Positions 32,301-39,902 of a DNA stretch of 64,000 nucleotides are shown here, in pieces (the first letter of the stretch is position 1; each line of letters opens with the position of its first letter). The translations under genes and the position numbers were made by a program. Under the pieces are notes generated by a model. That model saw only the letters and a list, made by a program, of their open reading frames with translations. It was not told the DNA's origin and did not search any database. Origin of the DNA: an uncultured delta proteobacterium (GTDB lineage Bacteria > Desulfobacterota > Binatia > DP-6); the NCBI GenBank assembly GCA_963815115.1, contig CAWFFN010000009.1, positions 1,856,001 to 1,920,000 on the forward strand, in the 5' to 3' direction.

Positions 32301-33773
32301 CGACTCGGGCGAGCAGCAACGCGCCGCCTGGCCCGGAGGCCTGAGACAGTCCCCGAAGAGGCCGACGAGAACCGCCGGCGCGGCCGGGGCCATGGACGAC
32401 CCGTCCTCCGCGCACCACGGGACGTCCGGGTCCTGCGCGCTCCAGGGGACCTCCGGGCCTTGCGCCTGCAGCGCGCGCAGCCGTTTCCGATCTCCGACGA
32501 ACCCGTCGAGCGCGATGGACACCTGCTCGATCTCGCGCACGAAGTTGTTCCGCAGCGTGTGCGCGACGTCGTTGAGATCGTGGTCCAGCTCGGTGTCGAG
32601 CGCGTGGTTGGCATAGAACCCGAGCAGGAACGCCGTCGCGCCTCCCACGACCAGGACGAGCGACAGCACCAGCACCCGGACGTCACGGGCTCGAAGCCGG
32701 TCTCGCGGGCCCATCGTGGCCACCTTGAGAACGGGCATGGAGAGCAGCAGGAGGAGCAGCGCGAGTACGCCGTACCCCACCGTGCCGTACGACAGCAGCG
32801 TGCTCGCCTCGGCGTCGAACTGGTCCTTGGGATCGAGCACGCCGAGCCACCACGTCGACTCGCCGGAGCCGAGACGCAACGGGTGGGAGAACAGCTTGAA
32901 CGGTCGGCCGGCCACCTCGACGTCGCGCGCCGCGCTCGTCGCCGAGAGGTCGTCCTCGCGAACGGGGTCGGACGTGGCTCCGGACGCCTGGTTCATCCCG
33001 CTCCCGGAGAAGCGGGTCTGCGCCAGTCGCAGGCTCCGATCGCCGCGCTCGTAGTAGATGGCCTTGTCGATGGCGAGGAAGACGTTGCGTTGCGCGAAGC
33101 TGCTCAGCAATGGCTCGACCACGACGTCGAGCGACATCGACGCGCAGGTATCCCCGGAGTGGAAGCGAACCATGGCCGTGCGCTTCTTGGACGGCCAACC
33201 GTGGTACGTGGTGCTCTCGGGCCGGAGCGGGCTGGTGCTCTCGGGTTCGTGCTCGGCGCGCACGCACAGATCGAGTGTGGTGGACCCGACGACGGGTACC
33301 TCGGGCGAGCAGGATTTTCGGGCGCTGTCCGGCTTCTCCTGCCTCGCGGACTTGCCGGAGCCCTCCGACGTCGCACGGTCTTGCGCACCGCCGGTGCTTC
33401 CCCGCTCCTGGCAGTCCGTCATCCCCAGGCGAAGCAATCCGTCGCTGAGCCCGGCCGGCCATTGCGGCTCCCTCTTGGCGCTCTCCACCTGGCCGTCTCG
33501 AGCGTCCGTCTTCGCGGACCGGATGCCGGCGCTCCGCGCTGCGTCGCTGGCACGCTTCAGCTCGCCGTTGAACGCGTCCGCCTTCGACGACAGAGTCCCC
33601 TCGATCTGCTCTGCCAGCACCGCCAGCTCGCGCAGCTGGCGTCCGATCAGATAGCGCTCGCGTGCGCGCTGGGATGTGACCACGTACCAGGCGGCCGCCG
33701 CGATGATGGCGGCGAGGGTCACCAGCGCCACGAGGCCTATGGAGCGCCACGAAGTCCCTTCACTACCCGGCAT
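29364..33773 (-). CDS. Large multi-TM protein with Cache-like extracytoplasmic domains and a C-terminal degenerate NTPase / winged-helix region
   Basis: 1469 aa; VYWTDARGKQQEK..IDDKQFFKD..FAIIENDGRVVF..PWTLVV (dCache-like); many TMs; YRRLWLQCSEEEQLLLAQL..GLVNP. Confidence 0.75.
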   Translation of the reverse strand: MPGSEGTSWRSIGLVALVTLAAIIAAAAWYVVTSQRARERYLIGRQLRELAVLAEQIEGTLSSKADAFNGELKRASDAARSAGIRSAKTDARDGQVESAKREPQWPAGLSDGLLRLGMTDCQERGSTGGAQDRATSEGSGKSARQEKPDSARKSCSPEVPVVGSTTLDLCVRAEHEPESTSPLRPESTTYHGWPSKKRTAMVRFHSGDTCASMSLDVVVEPLLSSFAQRNVFLAIDKAIYYERGDRSLRLAQTRFSGSGMNQASGATSDPVREDDLSATSAARDVEVAGRPFKLFSHPLRLGSGESTWWLGVLDPKDQFDAEASTLLSYGTVGYGVLALLLLLLSMPVLKVATMGPRDRLRARDVRVLVLSLVLVVGGATAFLLGFYANHALDTELDHDLNDVAHTLRNNFVREIEQVSIALDGFVGDRKRLRALQAQGPEVPWSAQDPDVPWCAEDGSSMAPAAPAVLVGLFGDCLRPPGQAARCCSPESGCPSAAWVATLKEAYPYLPIVYWTDARGKQQEKFSIASTVSPLLAIDDKQFFKDARDGRVWGLPRTRGLGTAALSIHVSQSKIWGAILAAVAMPLLDDGGNFEGIVSATPHFVSVSRPVLPTDFAFAIIENDGRVVFPESQEHRLFEDFFEDVTVEYGARAAIEARQERFLSGEYRGAPYRFLITPINFSPWTLVVMRNREKQLSHDLDGLLGWSIGFLVYLALGGIVWSVWCLLTPRTRNNRLWPSEASALQYRQCILVLAGSCATATWLLATRPSVSPRLFAMLVTIIGMCLACVRLLLNPQARPPAALVVAARSRIVWLVLAVVCLAAMIQGTALAAGLGAVLFVVAVVQAWRGAGGTWMGWRHDFVTVGVLILVLAVVIPSAALLRDSWELGMEAFVRNGQLKLAEDVERLQETNKAEYEAAGICPELLELRQRGWIGSPASGGSGSQSAEVVPGRLFGVALQGGVRKADERCVESGPAEPFAGPVERLWRLAVASGHVSAPILELLPIHSEDLIQTRELLTRQAVDERWGWTRHADGTGELCWYRLRRDRAGGSTEEGRGPHQVSRIASTVPVPGLTPSGTWQRVGVIGGFLVFASLLWLVLRWLAACIVGLDEEHGGRRTLPTEAQHARGLLVIGSGALLAGEAVHADVFDLSDDQSAPGREEALGRVWSPAPVVIVHHLEAALDDPARGEQALQLLETLVSRQPKPLVVCSETDPLAHFRKRTLPAGTPVPNDAVRWARVLERLARVPAGAAPSDAESLVSLAVAVDEADRTGWLWLPTRVTVPWRTEEVQQLVEETRWTPRLRGIAWEVWSLPPPAEGVVRRLEQVAGAHYRRLWLQCSEEEQLLLAQLVSEGLVNPRNWRLAQGLARAGLVRFTPAPRPMNESFQNFVAHEEPPARVVAWERAEGDSLWDRTRGLLTYVLIAAGLVLYFAQPEGWARLVGALSAIGSASSKLTDLSGVLGRARSQGGSS

Positions 33774-34134
33774 CACGCTCACTGGACCGCCTGTTTGCTG
33801 GGGGCACGCCTTTCGGTCTAAGCGGTCGAATGGATACGCTCTCGGGCTATGCCCGTCAAACCAGTCTTTCTTCACCCTGTCGGCTCGCGCGATGGCACTC
33901 GGCGAGGTCGCGAGGGCGCTACGAGCGGCTCCGCAACGCCCTTTGACGGTAAGCGTGCTTCTCACTAGATCACAGTGCGCGCGCGCGTACGGTCGAACGT
34001 GTCGATGGATACCAAACGTGCAAGGCGCCGTCGTTCGTCTCGGTGGCGTCCGTGAACGACCCTGCGACGCGCGTGACCTTCCTCTCGGACGGGCCGTCGG
34101 TACCCTCTTCGAGGCGGCGCCTGAAGGTGCACGC

Positions 34135-36975
34135 GTGCGGCCATCGCGGGCAACGTTCCTGGCGGCGATCTCGTTCGCGCTGGCCTCGTGCTCGAACTCG
34201 CCCCGCGACGTCGTGGCGTGTGGCGCGACGGCTGCAGCCGGCCTGCGCGCCGTCGCGAGCGAGCGCACGGGGCGCTTCCTCGGCAAGGTCCACGAGGCGA
34301 CGGCCCGCTGCCGCGGCGGCGAGAAGGCGGTCGAGCGAAACCGGACACCATGGGTCGACTGGCCGAACTACTGGGGCACGGGCGGACCGACGACGCGGGC
34401 ACCCTCGCTGGTCCCCTGGTGGCCCGTTGCGCCGGACACGCGCGGGCTACGCGGCGCACTGCTGGATCTCGAATACCAGCGAATCGAGCTGATCCGATTC
34501 AACCTGTTCGACAACAGCGGCACGTACCAGGCGTACGTCACGGACCGCGACGGCGCAGCGCTCCAGACATGGCCCGAGATGGAGCTCCCGCCCGGCGATC
34601 CGAATTTCGCCGCGGTGGGGGGCCATCCCCAGGTCTGCCACGGGCAGCTGATCCGCGGCCGGACGCTCACCGGCATCTGCAACGACGTCTACAACCCCGC
34701 GATGGGCTCGACCGGCATGCCGTTCGCGCGGAACGTGGAGCTCGACGTGACCTTCCCGGACCTCGCGAGAACCTCGCTCGCCCGCAATCGGCACGGAGAT
34801 CGCATCGGTCTGCTCGCGCCCGATGCGCAGGTGATCAGCCGCCGGCTCTTCACGCGCGCGCAGGCGCATCCCGAGCGCTGCAACGACGGCCGCGGACTGG
34901 ACGACGACTCGCCGCGCGCCGAATGCGACTATCTGAAGGCGAACACCTTCAACGTGCTCGCCGCGTTCTGGATCCAGTTCATGACCCACGACTGGTTCTC
35001 GCATCTCGATGAGGGTCACAACGACGCGCCGATCATGCCGACGGGGTGCCGGCAGATGCTCGCCGGCGGTGTCGAGCGGCCGCTCTCGGCCGCCGAGGTG
35101 GCCGCGCTCGGTTGCAGGCCGGACGACGTCATCGATCGGGCGTTCGTCGCCGCTGCCGACGATCCCGCCACGTTCACGGCTGCCGGTCGCGACTATCTCC
35201 GCCGCGCCTATCGCACGACGCCCAATTCGGTGACGGCGTGGTGGGATGGGTCGCAGCTCTACGGCTATGACGCAACGTCGCGGCGACGCGTGAAACGCGA
35301 TCCCGCCGATCGCGCGAAGCTGCTGGTGGAGCACATCGGGACCCGTGCGGGCGCGGGCGAGGCGCAAGGCTACCTCCCGCTTCTCGGTCCCGAGGACCCG
35401 AAGAATCCCGTGTGGGAGGGCCAGGAGGCGGCCGCCTTTGCCGACAACTGGTCGATCGGTACCAGCTTCTTTCACAACGTCTTTGCGCGCGAGCACAACC
35501 TCTTCGTCACGACATTCCGGAACCGAACGGCGGTGACGCCGGACGAAGACTCCGGCCTGCGCGACCCGGACACGCCGCATCGGGTGATCCGCTACCGCGA
35601 CGTCACCGACGACGAGCTCTTCGAGGTGGCGCGGCTCGTCGTGGCGGCCGAGATCGCGAAGATCCACACCATCGAGTGGACGACCCAGCTCCTCTACGAC
35701 GAGCCGCTCTTCCTGGGGATGAACGCGAACTGGTCGGGCATCTTTCACGATCAGCCGCTCGTGTCCGATGCGCTTCGCCAGGCCGCCGCCAGCCTCGGAG
35801 GAGCGAGCGCGGGGGCGTCGGCGAACGCGTGGCATTCGATCTTCGCTGCCGGCAGCGGGATCGTCGGATTCGGTGCCCGGAAGCCGGGCTGGAGCATCGA
35901 GAGCGGGCAAGACGTCAACGGCGGCGTGCGGCACTTCGGGTCTCCGTTCGCGTTCCCGGAGGAGTTCATCACCGTCTATCGGCTCCACCCGCTGGTTCCC
36001 GACCTGCTCGAGCTTCGCACGTGGGACGGCGACCCGAACGTCATCCGCGCGAAGGTGCCGGTGGTGCGCACGTTCCGCGGACAGGCCACCGCGGCCATGC
36101 GCCGGGAGGGACTGGCGAGCTGGGCGGTCACGATGGGTCGGCAGCGGGTCGGTCGTCTGACGCTCGGGAACCACCCGCGGTTTCTCCAGAACCTTCCGCT
36201 CATGGGCCGCATCCCATCGTCGAGGACCGACGCCATCGACGTGCCGGCGCTCGACCTGCTCCGCGACCGGGAGCGGGGCGTACCGCGCTACAACGAGTTC
36301 CGGCGCCAGTATGGACTTCGGCAGCTCACCAGCTTCGACGACTTCGTCGACGGGGGGCTGGATTCGCGCGAGCCAGGCACCCGCCGCGAGCTCGAGCGCC
36401 AGCAGGCGATGGTGCGAACCCTGCGCGAGGTCTACGGACAGCACCGGTGCAGCGCGTCGAAGGAGATCACGTCGGCGCAGGTCAACGACGACGGGACGCC
36501 GATCACGGACTGCCTGGGACGTCCCGATGGGAGCGTCGTCGACAACATCGAGGACGTCGATCCGGTCGTCGGGATGCTCGCCGAGTCCACGCGACCGCAC
36601 GGCTTTGCGATCTCGGAGACCCAGTTCCAGGTGTTCATCCTGAACGCCTCCCGGCGGCTCTTCAGCGACCGCTTCTTCACCTCGAGCTTCCGGCCGGAGT
36701 TCTACTCGGACCTCGGCATCGAGTGGGTCGATGACAACGGGCCCGACGGCCCCGAGCGCGAGCAGGGCAGGCCCAACGGTCACCCGATGGAGGTCTCGCC
36801 GCTGAAGCGCGTCCTTCTCCGCACCATTCCCGAGCTCGGTCCGGAGCTCGAGCCGGTGATCAACGTCTTCGATCCGTGGGCCCGCGATCGTGGCGAGTAC
36901 TACGCGCTCGAGTGGAAGCCCCGCACGGGCGCCGAGGCGGACCCGGCCTTCCGGGAGGACGACGGAGGGCCATGA
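34135..36975 (+). CDS. Peroxidase-cyclooxygenase superfamily protein, fatty-acid alpha-dioxygenase-like; predicted lipoprotein
   Basis: Lipobox FALAS-C after GTG 34135; FWIQFMTHDWFSH, WWDGSQLYG, FAREHN, AKIHTIEWT, FPEEFITVYRLHPLVPD, RDRERGVPRYNEFRR and ASRRLFSDRFFT motifs. Confidence 0.88.
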   Translation: MRPSRATFLAAISFALASCSNSPRDVVACGATAAAGLRAVASERTGRFLGKVHEATARCRGGEKAVERNRTPWVDWPNYWGTGGPTTRAPSLVPWWPVAPDTRGLRGALLDLEYQRIELIRFNLFDNSGTYQAYVTDRDGAALQTWPEMELPPGDPNFAAVGGHPQVCHGQLIRGRTLTGICNDVYNPAMGSTGMPFARNVELDVTFPDLARTSLARNRHGDRIGLLAPDAQVISRRLFTRAQAHPERCNDGRGLDDDSPRAECDYLKANTFNVLAAFWIQFMTHDWFSHLDEGHNDAPIMPTGCRQMLAGGVERPLSAAEVAALGCRPDDVIDRAFVAAADDPATFTAAGRDYLRRAYRTTPNSVTAWWDGSQLYGYDATSRRRVKRDPADRAKLLVEHIGTRAGAGEAQGYLPLLGPEDPKNPVWEGQEAAAFADNWSIGTSFFHNVFAREHNLFVTTFRNRTAVTPDEDSGLRDPDTPHRVIRYRDVTDDELFEVARLVVAAEIAKIHTIEWTTQLLYDEPLFLGMNANWSGIFHDQPLVSDALRQAAASLGGASAGASANAWHSIFAAGSGIVGFGARKPGWSIESGQDVNGGVRHFGSPFAFPEEFITVYRLHPLVPDLLELRTWDGDPNVIRAKVPVVRTFRGQATAAMRREGLASWAVTMGRQRVGRLTLGNHPRFLQNLPLMGRIPSSRTDAIDVPALDLLRDRERGVPRYNEFRRQYGLRQLTSFDDFVDGGLDSREPGTRRELERQQAMVRTLREVYGQHRCSASKEITSAQVNDDGTPITDCLGRPDGSVVDNIEDVDPVVGMLAESTRPHGFAISETQFQVFILNASRRLFSDRFFTSSFRPEFYSDLGIEWVDDNGPDGPEREQGRPNGHPMEVSPLKRVLLRTIPELGPELEPVINVFDPWARDRGEYYALEWKPRTGAEADPAFREDDGGP

Positions 36976-37091
36976 GGACGCTCATGCTGGCTTTCTTCTG
37001 CGGCGATCGGCTATGACGCCGGTAAGAACGCTGCGGCACTTCCGGCCTCCGTCCGCTCCCTGGCTCCGCCACCGAAGAGGAGAGTAGGCTC

Positions 37092-38660
37092 GTGGCTGAC
37101 CACAACGACCCCAATGCCGTCAACTCGATCTTCTCGGATATCGACGTCAGCGCCGCCGACCTTTACGACCTGTTCGGGTTCCCCAGCCCGGATGCGGCGG
37201 GCGGTGAGAAGGTCGTCATCGCGCTGACCTTCGCCTCGGTCCCGGACACCGGTGTCTTCGACGTCGACATGCTCTACCGGATCCTGGTGTACCCCGATTC
37301 GAGGATCGTCTGGCCAGACAAGCAGGACCAGACGCTCACGGCTCTCCTCGGGTACTTCGACGCCGTCAAGGAGAAGTACCTCGGGCCCGCGAAGGCGTCC
37401 GAGGTCCGCGTCACCGTCGACCAGTCGCAACGCGCCACGATCAAGTTCATCGGGTTTCCCGGCGGCAATTTCTCCGCCGTCGTCGACACGAACAAGGTGC
37501 TGACCGTGGACACGCCCGCCGGTCATGCGATCAAGACCTACATCGGTGGCCGCGACGACGCGTTCTTCAACGACCTGACGGGATTCTTCCGCTCGATCAA
37601 CTACGCGCCCCAGTTCTACCACGTCCCGCACACGATGACCGCCGCGCGCGAGCTGCAGATACCCAAGACGCTGCTCGAGCTCGAGGGCAACGATCTGTTC
37701 AACCACGATCCGAACGACCCGAAGTGGGGCTATGGTCACCACAAGCGGGATCTCCCGACGGGGCCGCTGACATGGACCGGCGAACGGTTCCGCAAGGACC
37801 AGAACGGCAAGTATCGCTTCGTCTATACCGGCACGGATTGTCAGGCGGGGAAGAACGTGAACGCCATCATCCTGGAGATTCCCGTCGCGTTCCTGACACC
37901 GTCCCCTGGGAAGGATCGGATCATCAACACGTGGGGTGAGAGCTGGGTCCTGAAGGCCGCCGACAAGGTCGACACGATCCCCGACCATCCCCTGTGGCTC
38001 GAGCACCCGGGGGCGCTCCTCGGCGCAGTCGGGCTTGACGAAGAGCTGAAGAGGTACAAGCTCGTCGACACGGACGGTCAGCCGTTCGCCGACGCCGGCC
38101 TGAGCGAACGCGAGGACAACCGGCAGCTCGGCGCCAACAACTTCTGGCTCGCCCCGCACTTCATCAAGCGGCTGGGTCATCTCGGCTGGGGCTTCGGGCC
38201 GTCGATCAGCGCGCTCGGCCTACAGACCTCTTTCGACCACGACGGTTCGCCGGTCTCGGTTCACCGGACCTACGCCACCGCCGTCGCGGCCTTTCCACGA
38301 GTCAGGAAGGTGCTGTTCCAGCAGCTCAACATGCCGGACGACTCCTGGAACAAGAGCGGGCTGAACATTCCGCTCCGGCGCCCGTTCGAGATCTTCGTCC
38401 CGAACGTCTGCGCCATCGACATGGACACGACGGGCACCTGGCCGTTCGGGCGCCGTCTCGAAGACCAGGTTGCGACTCGCTTCCTGTCGCTGTTCCTCGA
38501 CATGGAGGCCAAGTTCGGCGGCCGCAAGTATCACCTCGACCTGCTGAACGACCAGTCGTTGTGGGATGCGGCACCGATCGAGCCCAAGACCCCTCCGAAT
38601 CCTCTCAGGAACGACAAGGAATTCCTCGACCGGTTTCCGTACCTGGCCGAGCCGTGGTGA
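37092..38660 (+). CDS. DUF4331 family protein
   Basis: ADHNDP, DLYDLFGF, GGRDDAFFND, GKNVNAIILEIP, GRRLEDQV and NDKEFLDRFPYLAEP motifs. Confidence 0.8.
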   Translation: MADHNDPNAVNSIFSDIDVSAADLYDLFGFPSPDAAGGEKVVIALTFASVPDTGVFDVDMLYRILVYPDSRIVWPDKQDQTLTALLGYFDAVKEKYLGPAKASEVRVTVDQSQRATIKFIGFPGGNFSAVVDTNKVLTVDTPAGHAIKTYIGGRDDAFFNDLTGFFRSINYAPQFYHVPHTMTAARELQIPKTLLELEGNDLFNHDPNDPKWGYGHHKRDLPTGPLTWTGERFRKDQNGKYRFVYTGTDCQAGKNVNAIILEIPVAFLTPSPGKDRIINTWGESWVLKAADKVDTIPDHPLWLEHPGALLGAVGLDEELKRYKLVDTDGQPFADAGLSEREDNRQLGANNFWLAPHFIKRLGHLGWGFGPSISALGLQTSFDHDGSPVSVHRTYATAVAAFPRVRKVLFQQLNMPDDSWNKSGLNIPLRRPFEIFVPNVCAIDMDTTGTWPFGRRLEDQVATRFLSLFLDMEAKFGGRKYHLDLLNDQSLWDAAPIEPKTPPNPLRNDKEFLDRFPYLAEPW

Positions 38661-38661
38661 G

Positions 38662-39843
38662 ATGAACGGGCCGACCGACTTCGACCTCGAGCTCAGGCAG
38701 ATCGACGAAGACATCTCCGCGCTCCGCCGCGGCACGTGTCCCGGCACCTCGACCGACGACGAACGGCTGACCAGATTCGCCTACCGCCTCTATCAGCGGG
38801 CCTCGCTGACGGGGAGCTTCGCCGAGCTCGAGAGCGCGGCGGCGGCCATCGACGGCGCGCTCGCGCAGGTGCGACACGGATCGGATCTCTACCTCTTGAA
38901 GGCGAACGTCGACTTCAAGTTTCACCGGCTGGCCGACGTGAGAGGTGATCTCGCAGCGTGTGCGACGCTTCGCGAGAGCACCCAGGGAAGGGCCTTGCAG
39001 GCCGACCTCGACGCCGAGGCGGGCCGGTACGACGCCGCGAGGACGGGATACGAGCACGTCATCCAGGACGACCCGACCTGGGACAATCTCGCGCGTCTCG
39101 CTCACCTGAAGGCGCAGATGGGTGACGTCGAGGGCGCCGATCGGCTCTACGGGGAGGCCGAAGACGAGCTCACGGCCAAGCAGATGCGGCACTACGCCTG
39201 GCTGGAGCTGCAGAGGGGACGCCTCGACCTCTCGCGGGGGCGGTTCGATGACGCGCGCGGGCACTACCAGCGAGGCGGCCGTGCCTACTCCGGGTACTGG
39301 CTCGTCGAGCAGCACATGGCGGAGCTGCTCGGCGCCCGGGGCGAGCTCGACGAAGCGGTTGCGCTGTACGAGCGGCTGGTCACCCTCGTGCCCAGAGCCG
39401 AATTCCAGCAGGCGCTGGGCGAGCTGTACGAGCTCACGCACCGGCCGGCGCAGGCCCAATCGTGGCTCGACAAGGCATGCGCTGCCTACCACGAGTCCGC
39501 CGCGCGGGGCGAAGTCCACTACTACCACCACCTCGCCGACTTCTACGCGGATGTGCGTCGGGACGGTGCCGAGGCGGTGAGGTGGGCACGGAAGGACGTC
39601 GAGCTGCGAGACAACTGCTCGACCCGGGCGGCGTTGGCGTGGTCGCTGTACCGGGCCGGGCAGTTCGCCGAGGCGCGCGATGCGATCGATCACGCGCTCG
39701 CGTCCGGCGCGAAGAACGCGCAGTTGTTCTCCCAGGCCGGGACGATCTACCGGGCCGCCGGCGAGAACGGCCGGAGCGACGAGTACCTCCGGATGGCCAG
39801 CGAGCTCAACCCGCAGCAGCAGAGTTTTCACACGTTCTCGTAG
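38662..39843 (+). CDS. TPR-repeat protein (DUF4331 partner)
   Basis: ATG 2 nt after the DUF4331 stop; repeated TPR-like helices; LAWSLYRAGQFAEA. Confidence 0.82.
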   Translation: MNGPTDFDLELRQIDEDISALRRGTCPGTSTDDERLTRFAYRLYQRASLTGSFAELESAAAAIDGALAQVRHGSDLYLLKANVDFKFHRLADVRGDLAACATLRESTQGRALQADLDAEAGRYDAARTGYEHVIQDDPTWDNLARLAHLKAQMGDVEGADRLYGEAEDELTAKQMRHYAWLELQRGRLDLSRGRFDDARGHYQRGGRAYSGYWLVEQHMAELLGARGELDEAVALYERLVTLVPRAEFQQALGELYELTHRPAQAQSWLDKACAAYHESAARGEVHYYHHLADFYADVRRDGAEAVRWARKDVELRDNCSTRAALAWSLYRAGQFAEARDAIDHALASGAKNAQLFSQAGTIYRAAGENGRSDEYLRMASELNPQQQSFHTFS

Positions 39844-39902
39844 GCCCGGGTCACCCCGGCATGACGACGCTTCGAGCAGATCGGGTCGAGGAGGCGACGG
39901 CG

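Noticed and set aside
33676-34286. Apparent head-to-head overlap of the Cache protein and dioxygenase ORFs
   Set aside because: Better starts at 33773 (-) and 34135 (+), supported by a TM segment and a lipobox, leave a normal ~360-nt divergent intergenic region.
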